This document shows positions 41,631 through 50,033 of a DNA stretch of 64,000 nt, in pieces. Source of the DNA: a candidate division FCPU426 bacterium (lineage in GTDB: Bacteria > Oederibacteriota > Muellerivitia > Muellerivitales > Muellerivitaceae); NCBI GenBank assembly GCA_963771075.1, contig CAVYSE010000028.1, positions 64,001-128,000 on the forward strand, in the 5' to 3' direction. Both the position numbers and the translations under genes were made by a program. The notes below the pieces were generated by a model that was not told the DNA's origin, did no database searches, and saw only the letters and a program-made list of their open reading frames with translations. Every line of letters begins with the position of its first letter. The stretch's first letter is position 1.

Positions 41631-42050
41631 TCAGGCCGCCCTTTGATTTAAACCAATTAGCAAAAGGCTTGGACCTGGCTTACTAGCTACGAAACAACCG
41701 ATTCCCAATCGCCTAATGAGGTTTGACGAAAAGGGTCGCAGGGAGATGACCTGGTCATAAAGTTTGAGGGCTTCGGAAACTCTTCCCAGACTGGTCAAAC
41801 CGTTCGCGCAATTCAAAAGGGCCATGGGTTGGCTTGGCTCGAGCTTCAGGGATTTGCCCAGCATCCGGACACCCGCTTCCCTATCCCCCTGTTGAAGGAG
41901 GATGGTTCCCAAATGGGTTAAAAGCAGGGTGTTTTGTGGGAAGAAATTCAGCAGTTCCTTCATCTGTTGGGCGGCTTCCACCAACTTTCCCGCTTGGTGC
42001 AAAGCGATCGCTTGGCGGATTCGGGGATCTTGGGGGTGGGTATGTTTCAC
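41631..42050 (-). pseudogene. Short TPR protein, probably truncated
   Basis: About three TPRs, then an abrupt non-TPR tail after ...VISLRP. Confidence 0.5.
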
Positions 42051-42193
42051 GCGCTGACTTCAGCCTCGCTATGGATAAGGCCCACCCTTCGAAACCGCCC
42101 CAATGACATTCGGAGCGATTCAAACTTTCGTGGGAATGGGGGTGCTTTCTTCATTCGATTTTAAGGGAAATTTTCGCCGAGATGCCTTAAAAC

Positions 42194-43561
42194 ATGAGAA
42201 GAATGAAAAGCGTGAATGGCTCTAACAAATATCTTTTTTTAGGTCTTTTTCTTCTTCTCTTCGTTTTGCGCACGGCCTTCGGCTTGAGCGACGAATTCAT
42301 GGAAAACGACCGTCTTCAAACCTACCTGATCGGTTTGAAATGGTATTGTACGGGCGATTGGCCTTATTTCGGGCCCGACCTGGTTTTCTTGAGCACCCTG
42401 CGGGGCCAGATTCCCGGGGCCTTGGAATCTTTCGTCGTGGGCGGGCCCTTCTTCGTCCTTCCCATCCCCGAAGCTCCCTTTCTTTTCCTCAATCTCCTTT
42501 CCCTTTCTTCCATTGCCCTTTTGAGCTGGTATCTTTCCAAGCGGATCTTATCCATCCCTTTCCTTTTCATCTTCGCCTGGATTTCCCTCCTCCCCTGGAC
42601 CCTGAACCAATCCACCTGGGTTTTGAACCCGAGTTACCTGCTTTTCGGAAGCGTGATCTTTTCCATTGGGCTAATGGAAGCCATTCCCGCCCTTTCCATC
42701 CAATTCCTGAAACCCGCCCAGGCCCTGGCCTGGATGGGATTCGGGCTCTGTTGGGACATGCAGTTTCATTTTTCGTGGATACTATTGGCGCCCTATGTGC
42801 CCATCGCGCTTTTGTTATATAGCCGGAAGGCGGGTTGGGGCCAGGTCCCGAAGCTTTTGTTTTATTTCGGCTTGGGCGCCCTGGTACCCGGGTCCTTGAT
42901 CCTTCCGACCCTGATTCGCTACGGCTGGCACTGCCTTTTTACAGGCGAAAGCACCTTCATTCTTTTCAACTTGGATCATGCCCTGTCCTTTTTTACCATG
43001 TTGGCCCGCTACCTTTCCCTGGCCTGTTACGAGATTCCCCGTTTTGTCGGGAACCACACAAGCGACCGATGGGAGTTCCTGACGGTAAAGGACCCCTGGT
43101 TGTTCCCCTTCGCGATGTTTCTGCTCCTCGTGGGATGGATCCAGCCCCTTGTGATGCTATGGAAGGGAGGCATTCAACCTCTTCTTTCCCTCCCAAAGCG
43201 AATCCCGAATGGCGGTCGCCCGGGTGAGATGCCGGTTTTATGGCTCGCTTGGTCCGCGTTTTTCTTGTATTACATCAGTTTTTGGTTCACTCAAAAGGAA
43301 CCCTTCGCCCATATCGCTTACGTCTATTTCCCTATCGTGACCGTCTTCTCTTTTTATATCTGGGACCGGTTCACCCCCCAACCCTTTTGGAGGAAATTCG
43401 GGGTCCTTTGCCTGACGGCCGGTTTCTTTTTACAAACGGGACTAACGCTCTATTGGATCCCCCGGCGGTCCCTTTACCTCAACCGAAACCAGGTGGTCCA
43501 ATCCATCCAAGAGAAAAATTACCACATTCTGGGCGAGCGCAGGCCCGGCGCCCTTTATTAA
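42194..43561 (+). CDS. Polytopic membrane protein, GT-C-like (copy 1)
   Basis: 455 aa, about 11 TM helices, WPYFGPD...QIPGAL; paralog of 50285-51652. Confidence 0.75.
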   Translation: MRRMKSVNGSNKYLFLGLFLLLFVLRTAFGLSDEFMENDRLQTYLIGLKWYCTGDWPYFGPDLVFLSTLRGQIPGALESFVVGGPFFVLPIPEAPFLFLNLLSLSSIALLSWYLSKRILSIPFLFIFAWISLLPWTLNQSTWVLNPSYLLFGSVIFSIGLMEAIPALSIQFLKPAQALAWMGFGLCWDMQFHFSWILLAPYVPIALLLYSRKAGWGQVPKLLFYFGLGALVPGSLILPTLIRYGWHCLFTGESTFILFNLDHALSFFTMLARYLSLACYEIPRFVGNHTSDRWEFLTVKDPWLFPFAMFLLLVGWIQPLVMLWKGGIQPLLSLPKRIPNGGRPGEMPVLWLAWSAFFLYYISFWFTQKEPFAHIAYVYFPIVTVFSFYIWDRFTPQPFWRKFGVLCLTAGFFLQTGLTLYWIPRRSLYLNRNQVVQSIQEKNYHILGERRPGALY

Positions 43562-43698
43562 GAACCGCGAACAAATACCTAATTTCGCCACAGAAACGCG
43601 GAGATACAGTTAAGAATTTGTAACCCCCCAAAAATGAACAAGATTTAAAAACTGTGCCTCTGTGGTGAAAGGGGTCTTGTTACTGTCTTTTAACCAAG

Positions 43699-43977
43699 AT
43701 GAGCCGGATCATTTATTCCCTGTATAAGGACTATTCGACAGGGCGTTATTCTCTCGCTGAAATAACTAAGAGGTACTGGAATAAAGGGTTGGTGGTCCGG
43801 AAAAGCAAAAAGATTCTTTCCAAGAGTACGGTTTATAAAATTCTAACTAACCGGATGTATACGGGGGTGTTCCAATGGAGAGATATAAATTACCGGGGTA
43901 AGTACAAGCCTATCATTCCGCAAAAACTTTGGGATAAAACCCAGAAGGTAATGGAAAAACACTTCAAGTTAAGATAA
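43699..43977 (+). pseudogene. Large serine recombinase fragment (recombinase DNA-binding domain only)
   Basis: SKSTVYKILTNRMYTG...YRGKYKPIIPQKLWDKTQ signature; no catalytic resolvase domain and no zinc ribbon. Confidence 0.8.
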
Positions 43978-43991
43978 TCAGTAGTACTGAG

Positions 43992-44019
43992 TGTTCCTTT
44001 TGGGTCCCCGTCGCGGACA
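43992..44019. repeat. att-like site 1
   Basis: tgttccttttggg-TC-cccgtcgcggaca. Confidence 0.75.
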
Positions 44020-44046
44020 GCCCGTTTGGACTAGATTTACAATTCC

Positions 44047-44322
44047 CTAGGACGTTTCATTTACTCTAAGACCCTTAAGTTTCACGGCAACCGACTTCAA
44101 TATTTCAGGCCGGGGATAGTTATAGACGCCTATCACTTTCTCTATACTGGCTAAATGATTGACGACTTGATCAATCGACTTATTTTTCAAAATTATTTTT
44201 ATAATTCCCGGGATATAAACGTCATATTCATCATGAGCATTCGGCTGATCTGAAACTCCGATTGGATCCCAATCACGAATTAAAATTTCATGTATTTTTT
44301 TAAATAATTCTTCGTTTTTCAT
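44047..44322 (-). CDS. Small hypothetical protein with WDPIGV...DEYD motif (cassette gene 1)
   Basis: AT-rich ORF filling the space between att-like sites 1 and 2; likely start MKNEEL at 44322. Confidence 0.75.
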   Translation of the reverse strand: MKNEELFKKIHEILIRDWDPIGVSDQPNAHDEYDVYIPGIIKIILKNKSIDQVVNHLASIEKVIGVYNYPRPEILKSVAVKLKGLRVNETS

Positions 44323-44351
44323 TTCATACTCTTGCTTTTTATTTCCGAGCA

Positions 44352-44379
44352 TGTCCAATGCGGGTCCCCGTCGTGGACA
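44352..44379. repeat. att-like site 2
   Basis: tgtccaatgcggg-TC-cccgtcgtggaca. Confidence 0.8.
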
Positions 44380-44397
44380 GCTTTAAAACCCAACTTT

Positions 44398-44745
44398 TTA
44401 ATACTTCCTGTGACAACTTGAACATTTATTTAAGTGACCAGAAACAGCCTTTAATATCCAATACGAAACATTCCAATTGAGCCTTTTCCCACAGTGGGGA
44501 CAAGCAAAACGGACCATTGGCCAGAAGCCAAGAAACATGAGTACTGCGAAACAAATTTCCAAGCAAATAGAAGTCGGATCGCTTTTCAACATTGAGCTTG
44601 GGAAGTGTTTTGAAAAAGAATAAATCAATAAAAATAAGATGCCCATTGTAGCAAAAAACCAAACTACAGTTTTTCGAACATTAGCCAAAGTCGCTTTTCG
44701 TACGGAGAGCATTTCTAATAAGATGAATTTAGAGCGATTCGCCAT
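44398..44745 (-). CDS. Two-TM protein with C-terminal zinc ribbon (cassette gene 2)
   Basis: CPHC...CSSC; RBS aaaggtga; fills the space between att-like sites 2 and 3. Confidence 0.7.
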   Translation of the reverse strand: MANRSKFILLEMLSVRKATLANVRKTVVWFFATMGILFLLIYSFSKHFPSSMLKSDPTSICLEICFAVLMFLGFWPMVRFACPHCGKRLNWNVSYWILKAVSGHLNKCSSCHRKY

Positions 44746-44767
44746 TGGTCACCTTTCTAAAATCTAT

Positions 44768-44795
44768 TGTCCACGACGGGTCCCCGTCGTGGACA
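44768..44795. repeat. att-like site 3 (perfect dyad)
   Basis: tgtccacgacggg-TC-cccgtcgtggaca, 13-bp perfect inverted arms. Confidence 0.8.
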
Positions 44796-44852
44796 CCTAA
44801 AACCCTTAATAAACTCTATTTTATCCTTTTTGTCGAAATGACGGCAGAATAC

Positions 44853-44878
44853 TTGACATAATGTCTCATATATGAGAC
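44853..44878 (+). promoter_or_regulatory. Toxin-antitoxin promoter with palindromic operator
   Basis: TTGACA at 44853-44858; palindrome gtctcatatatgagac at 44863-44878. Confidence 0.65.
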
Positions 44879-44887
44879 TTTTATTAA

Positions 44888-45205
44888 GTGATATCAACAC
44901 TGCCACAATGCGTGAAAGAGATCGCAGAATTCCCCCAAGATGTACGGGAAGATCTCGCCGACGCTTTAGCACGATTGGATGAAGGTCACACGCTTTCCAT
45001 GCCCCTGTCCCGGCCGATGCCTTCAATTGGAAAGGGTGTACATGAATTGAGATTCAGGGATCGTGCAGGAATTTATCGGGTGATCTATATTTTGGTTGGC
45101 GCGGGAATCATTTATTTGGTTCATGCATTTGTGAAAAAAGACAAGAAGACGCCGATGCCGAATATTGATTTGGCGAAAAGACGCTTAAAGGAAGTGAAAA
45201 GATGA
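44888..45205 (+). CDS. RelE/ParE-superfamily (HigB/Gp49-like) toxin
   Basis: SRPMPSIGKGVHELR...YRVIY...LVHAFVKK...TP. Confidence 0.9.
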   Translation: MISTLPQCVKEIAEFPQDVREDLADALARLDEGHTLSMPLSRPMPSIGKGVHELRFRDRAGIYRVIYILVGAGIIYLVHAFVKKDKKTPMPNIDLAKRRLKEVKR

Positions 45206-45489
45206 AACATAAAAGTACGGCGGTTGAAATTGCGAAATTGGTAGGTATTTCTCCAGCGAGAGGAATGGAGGCTATTATCAAAGCACAACTGATAACAGCT
45301 GTTTTGCAAGCCATTCAAGTTAAGAAAATGACTCATCAGGAACTCGCTAAGCGCGCAAAGCTCCCCAGGAGCGCCGTGACGGGTATTCTTTCTGGCAGTT
45401 TGCAGAAGGTCACCATTGATCGAGTTCTGAGACTCATTGAAGCGGCGGGTCTTATCGCGGAGATTCGAATCAGAAAATCTGCCGCCTAA
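45202..45489 (+). CDS. XRE-family HTH antitoxin (HigA-like)
   Basis: MTHQELAKRAKLPRSAVT HTH; ATGA overlap with the toxin gene. Confidence 0.88.
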   Translation: MKHKSTAVEIAKLVGISPARGMEAIIKAQLITAVLQAIQVKKMTHQELAKRAKLPRSAVTGILSGSLQKVTIDRVLRLIEAAGLIAEIRIRKSAA

Positions 45490-45623
45490 AGAAAGTTCTG
45501 GGGGAACATTACCGAATAAAAACAAAGATAGCATGTATGGGCCAGCGACCTGCGTAGTAGCTTGATCAATAGTAGCTGATCAAAAACGCGGGTTGCTCCT
45601 GTTAAGGAGCCTGAACATTGGGG

Positions 45624-45895
45624 TCACCTATGAAAAAGAATGTCCAGGCAAAAGCGTAGTATCACGGCCCCAAGTCCAACCTGAGTCTCAAAGGACTACA
45701 AGTCAGTCACCTATTCGCGGTTGTTTCACCGCACGATAACGTTGGACCCGGCCGCTCAATCACCTATGAAAAAGAATGTCCAGGCAAAAGCGTAGTATCA
45801 CGGCCCCAAGTCCAACCTGAGTCTCAAAGGACTACAAGTCAGTCACCTATTCGCGGTTGTTTCACCGCACGATAACGTTGGACCCGGCCGCTCAA
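45624..45895. repeat. Perfect 136-bp tandem duplication
   Basis: 45624-45759 is identical to 45760-45895. Confidence 0.95.
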
Positions 45896-45925
45896 TCAGG
45901 CCAAGGACCTCAACTCTTGCGGGTT
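45790..45925 (-). ncRNA. Putative bridge/seek RNA of the IS1111-type element (ends approximate)
   Basis: Non-coding region 3' of the transposase; segments match the target (ggcctga, gggtc) and the circle junction (gttatc, ataggtga). Confidence 0.7.
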
Positions 45926-45928
45926 GTG

Positions 45929-46951
45929 TCAGACCCCGTCGGAGCTGGCCGGGCAGTCCTCAAAAGCTTCCTTCTTTCGTAACATATGAAAGATGCTTTT
46001 CAGCATAGCCCTTGCTACTGCTATTCGTCCCGCGTTATTCCCATGCTTCTTCTTCACCCTCGTGTATAAGGTCCCATACCGTCGGGTTTTGCGAATGGCA
46101 TGAAGCGAGTTCTCAACCAATATCCAGCGAATCCATTTAGAACCCTGTTTGGTGATGTGGCCGTTGTGGCTTTTTCCCCCTGATGCGTGAACACTGGGGA
46201 CCAATCCACCATAAGAACATAGATGTTCCGCGTCCGGGAACCGGCGAATATCCCCAATCTCGCTCAAAATTAATAAAGCCGAAAAGGCACCCACGCCTGG
46301 CATGGTCATCATCAGCTGGGCTTCCGGGCTTTCTGCTGCCATTTTCTTGATCACCTCTTCTGATTTGGCGATCTCTTGGCCTAGTTCCCGGATTACTTCC
46401 ATATATCCGTCCAGTTCCAAACGGTAGCAAGGCCGGGTACCTACCGTGGCAAGTTCGCGGAAGTTCTTTATTCCGAATCGGTTTTTAGTAACGGGTTCGA
46501 TTCCCGCCTTGGTCATGACCGAAGTCATCCGGTTTTTGGCTTGTGTTCTCAATTGCACCAGGGAAGCCCGGTACCTAAGGATTTCCCGTAAGTCGCGGAT
46601 CTCTCGGGGTGGCACATAGGCTCGTGGCAGCAGATCCACCCGCAAAAGTTGAGCCAGGATTCCCGAATCAATTTTATCCGTCTTGATCTTGGCCGAGGCT
46701 ATGGCTTTGACCTTTTGGGGGTGGGCCAATACCAGGTTGGGGAATCGATCCTCGATGAGTTCGTAAAAGTGATACCAATGACCTGTGGCTTCTACTACGA
46801 CCTGGCTACTCACGGGTTGCTTCTTGAAATAAGCCTTTAAAGTATCCGCGTCGTTCTTCAGATCGACTTGTTCCAGCACCTTTCCTTTCTCATTCACTCT
46901 CGTGACGTAGGATGTTTTCTGGTGTAGGTCTACTCCGATATACTGTCCCAC
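45929..46951 (-). CDS. IS110-family DEDD transposase/recombinase
   Basis: IGVDLH, VVVEATG, KTDKID, PGVG and GLVPSVHASGG motifs. Confidence 0.95.
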   Translation of the reverse strand: MGQYIGVDLHQKTSYVTRVNEKGKVLEQVDLKNDADTLKAYFKKQPVSSQVVVEATGHWYHFYELIEDRFPNLVLAHPQKVKAIASAKIKTDKIDSGILAQLLRVDLLPRAYVPPREIRDLREILRYRASLVQLRTQAKNRMTSVMTKAGIEPVTKNRFGIKNFRELATVGTRPCYRLELDGYMEVIRELGQEIAKSEEVIKKMAAESPEAQLMMTMPGVGAFSALLILSEIGDIRRFPDAEHLCSYGGLVPSVHASGGKSHNGHITKQGSKWIRWILVENSLHAIRKTRRYGTLYTRVKKKHGNNAGRIAVARAMLKSIFHMLRKKEAFEDCPASSDGV

Positions 46952-47091
46952 GGCTGCACCTCCTAAGCGTTTTGCACCACCTGCAAAGGTGAGTGCCTTT
47001 TCGACTCTGGGTTTATCCTAGAGCCTCGTCCCACTTAAGTGGAGACGCTCTACGCTTGGAGCTCTGCAGCCTTTTTCATGTTATCAGGTCT

Positions 47092-47184
47092 TTATTTTAT
47101 ATTATCTATCCGGGCCTTGAACCGCGTCTCTCCCTCCATCCGCTTCTTTATTATCGCTATCCGGTTCCCCACGGCCGAAGAAGA
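47092..47184 (-). pseudogene. C-terminal remnant of a RAYT-like transposase HTH
   Basis: SSSAVGNRIAIIKKRMEGETRFKARIDNIK*, similar to 50022-50216; followed directly by the agaccTGA target half-site. Confidence 0.5.
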
Positions 47185-47486
47185 AAAAAGGCGCCTGGCC
47201 AACATTCAACACTTTAAGCCGTTCATTCCCCTGGAGTCATTGATCATCGTACTCCTGGAATCTCCCTGGCGCCCTTCAGGAAATCAGTTTACAGTTCGCC
47301 CCAATAGCTCATGGCAATTGGGATCACCAAACCACGCCTCTCACCTTGAAGGTTCGAGGCAGGAGACAGTTCGCAGCCCATAAACGGCAGAAAAACTGCA
47401 ACATTATTGACCGATTTTGACCCTTTAGGCCTGTTCCCCACCCAAATATTCGCTTTCATTCGATTTTCCAATTGACGCACAAAAGC

Positions 47487-47650
47487 ATAGCTATTAGTTA
47501 TTAGCTGTTAGCGTTTAGCTGCGGCCTAAACCAAGAGCAAGAAGCTAACACCTTAGGGGAGAATTCCATTAGTTGGCGGTCGACAGTCGACGGTCGGCAG
47601 TTAGGCCTTTAAAGCTGGCTGTCGACAGTGGGCTGTGGACTGTCGACGGC
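47487..47650. repeat. Degenerate heptamer arrays in inverted arrangement
   Basis: gctatta/gttatta/gctgtta/gcgttta and ggtcgac/agtcgac/tgtcgac/tgtggac units. Confidence 0.6.
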
Positions 47651-47666
47651 CTTTGGAGGCTCCGCT

Positions 47667-50033
47667 ATGTCACAATCCCCATCTACCCCCGGTACACCCG
47701 AAGAATCGCCAAAAGCAAACCCGCCCGAAATCCTGGTCGTTTCCCTGGACCAGATGCTGGTCGTGCCGGAGGACAACCCCCGGGGGGCCTACCCCCAGCA
47801 AGATGTCTTGGACATGGCCCGAACCCTCAAGCAGTCCGGACAGGAGGATCCCATCCTCCTGAGGCGCCGGACGCCCGAGGAAAGGGCTCAGGCCCACCCG
47901 GACATTCCCTATCGGCTGGTAGGGGGATTCCTCCGTGTTGCCGCCGCCCCCCTGGCGGGCCTGGCCGCCCTTGAAGCCATTGTGCGGGATATGACCCCCC
48001 AAAAGGCACTGCAAGCCGCAATCCTGGACAATGTTCGTAAAGACATGAATTGGCTGGCCTGGGCCCAATCCGCCGATAGCCTGATTAAGGACGGAATGAA
48101 GCTCCAAGAAGCCTCCGATGCACTTGCGAAAGATGCCTCATGGGTCGGAAAACTGCTAAAACTGTTGTCATTATTGGATTTTCCAACACGCCAGCTCATT
48201 TCGGAAAATTTCCGGAAAAAGGACGGTTACGACCTTCCGGAATCCCATGCCCACTGTTTGGAAGACCTGGCGACCGGGGGGCCAAACGATCAGGTTCTTA
48301 TAGGTAATGCCATACGAGTGGTAATAGACCGCCAAATGCCTTTTGAACTTGTGAAAAAGCTGGTCGAATGGATCCAAAAGGGAAACAGCCCTGAAAGCTT
48401 CCCCCAAGACGGCAAAACAGAGGTCAAGAAGGGGGTTAAAAACCAGAGGTTCGACCCCGCCGACCCCCTGGCCAAGCTTTGGCAAGACCTGCCCCGCACC
48501 ATCAAGGTGCGTCCGACACCCAAGGGCTATAAGGCGGTACTGGCCCTTTCTAAAGACGAAGCGGTACTGGCCCTTTATGGCGCCCTGGGCACGGTGGAGG
48601 AGGCCAAGAGGCTTCAAGGCCAGCCCCATGACCCCCGGTTCGCGGCTGCTTTGGCTGACCTCATTCCTGGAGGTAGGCCTGGTGGAATTCTGAATGCGTC
48701 CTTTCCGGCCTCCCCCGCCAGCCTGGGCCTGGGCTCCTGGCTTAAAGGGGTATGGGCGGCATGGATGGGCAGTCTTAAAGCTGGCGGTCCGAAGACACCA
48801 GCTGACAGCCCACAGTCGTCGGTCGACAGCACGCCAAACCCCGGGACAATGGAAAAAACTATATGGGAACTCTTGGCGGGGATCCCTATCACCGCCAAGA
48901 TAAGGGCCAAAGTCAAGAAGGGGGAAAGGCCGACCTTTTGGGAAGTTCTCATCCTCCTTTTAGCCATCCTTGGGATGTTTTTGGGCTTGCTGGGGAAATA
49001 CCTTTGGAAATTTGCCCAGGGGGGTTGGCGTTTGGCGAAGACCTTCCTCGGAAAGGCCTTCCGGCTCCTGGGGGAGGTGGTAGGCAAGCCCGCCAAGAAA
49101 ATAACCCAGGGCGTGGTGGGTATCGCCTTGGTAGTGGGCCTGGCTTATGGGCTCTATCTATTCTTCTTCCACCCGGCAGGGCTAAGGGGCTTGTTGAGCC
49201 GGACCGCCTCCGGGGCAATCCATTGGGTAGGGTCTTGGGTAAACCCTTGGGAAGGCGATACGCACACCGATTCCCCTAAGGAATCGGTGCAATCAAGTCA
49301 TGGGCCTCAACCCGAAGTTTCGGCCCAGATGAAGCCAGAGTCGGTACCTACGCCTGGTCTGAAACCTCCGGTTTCGGACCAAGCCTTGGCAGTACCCATA
49401 TCTAAATCAGATATGGGTACCCCTGTTCCCACGCCTGAGGTTTTTAAAACTAAGCGCCTAAAACTCAAAACTTCTAAATCTCTGAAAAAGTCCATTCCGG
49501 TGGCAGTGGTTTCAACGCAAAACTCAACACCTAAAACTGAGAACGCGGCCCCATCGGGCCAGTCCCAGTTGGACCTTCTCAACCAAATCAACGCGGAATC
49601 AAAAACCGCCCAGGCTTTCGCCCAGGCCTTTTACGCGGCGGATTATAACGACCTGTTGGGCAGGAGAACCAAACTCAACAAATATTTGAGGCCAGGCTAT
49701 TCCGGCGCTTTTTTCAAAGCCTTTCCAACCGGTTTGAAGATCAAGGAAATCGGCGAACATAAGCTGGTTGAAAGTTTCAAACCCTCGGGCGACGCGAAAC
49801 TGTTGAGGTCGGACGATCAATCGGAGGAATTCCAAGTGGAGGGCACCTTGGTCACCCGGAGTGAGATGGATATTACGGACCCCGTCACCACCCAAAAACC
49901 CGCGGGGCTCGTGATTGACCTCTCCCGTGAGCCGGAGTCGAAGGGGCTGGTGACCGGGGTGAGGGAAATGGTTTTTCCGGGAAAAAAGGTCAGCCCGGAA
50001 ATACAGGGGCCAGGCCAACATTTAACACTTTGA
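47667..50033 (+). CDS. ParB N-terminal domain protein with TM helices and a C-terminal extracytoplasmic domain
   Basis: NPR...GQEDPILL...YRLVGGFLRVAA...DNVRKD plus HTH; two hydrophobic segments; RBS ggagg before ATG 47667. Confidence 0.75.
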   Translation: MSQSPSTPGTPEESPKANPPEILVVSLDQMLVVPEDNPRGAYPQQDVLDMARTLKQSGQEDPILLRRRTPEERAQAHPDIPYRLVGGFLRVAAAPLAGLAALEAIVRDMTPQKALQAAILDNVRKDMNWLAWAQSADSLIKDGMKLQEASDALAKDASWVGKLLKLLSLLDFPTRQLISENFRKKDGYDLPESHAHCLEDLATGGPNDQVLIGNAIRVVIDRQMPFELVKKLVEWIQKGNSPESFPQDGKTEVKKGVKNQRFDPADPLAKLWQDLPRTIKVRPTPKGYKAVLALSKDEAVLALYGALGTVEEAKRLQGQPHDPRFAAALADLIPGGRPGGILNASFPASPASLGLGSWLKGVWAAWMGSLKAGGPKTPADSPQSSVDSTPNPGTMEKTIWELLAGIPITAKIRAKVKKGERPTFWEVLILLLAILGMFLGLLGKYLWKFAQGGWRLAKTFLGKAFRLLGEVVGKPAKKITQGVVGIALVVGLAYGLYLFFFHPAGLRGLLSRTASGAIHWVGSWVNPWEGDTHTDSPKESVQSSHGPQPEVSAQMKPESVPTPGLKPPVSDQALAVPISKSDMGTPVPTPEVFKTKRLKLKTSKSLKKSIPVAVVSTQNSTPKTENAAPSGQSQLDLLNQINAESKTAQAFAQAFYAADYNDLLGRRTKLNKYLRPGYSGAFFKAFPTGLKIKEIGEHKLVESFKPSGDAKLLRSDDQSEEFQVEGTLVTRSEMDITDPVTTQKPAGLVIDLSREPESKGLVTGVREMVFPGKKVSPEIQGPGQHLTL

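Larger units (their letters stand above)
45624..47086 (-). mobile_element. IS110-family element, IS1111 type, with duplicated right end
   Basis: Subterminal IRs ATGAAAAAG-N13-AAGCGTAG at both ends; TGA core at both junctions; reconstructed target GACCTGACCCC. Confidence 0.9.

Noticed and set aside
43992..44795. Three 28-bp palindromic repeats as a CRISPR array
   Set aside because: Intervals are 360-416 bp and contain whole genes; no cas genes in the window.
43992..44795. Classical integron attC sites or tRNA 3' fragments
   Set aside because: No RYYYAAC/GTTRRRY boxes and no tyrosine integrase; no GTTCRA T-loop or cloverleaf despite a superficial ...CCA-like minus-strand end at site 1.
47039..47383. 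114-aa plus-strand ORF
   Set aside because: Starts inside the IS end, crosses the junction and lies antisense to the RAYT-like remnant; likely spurious.
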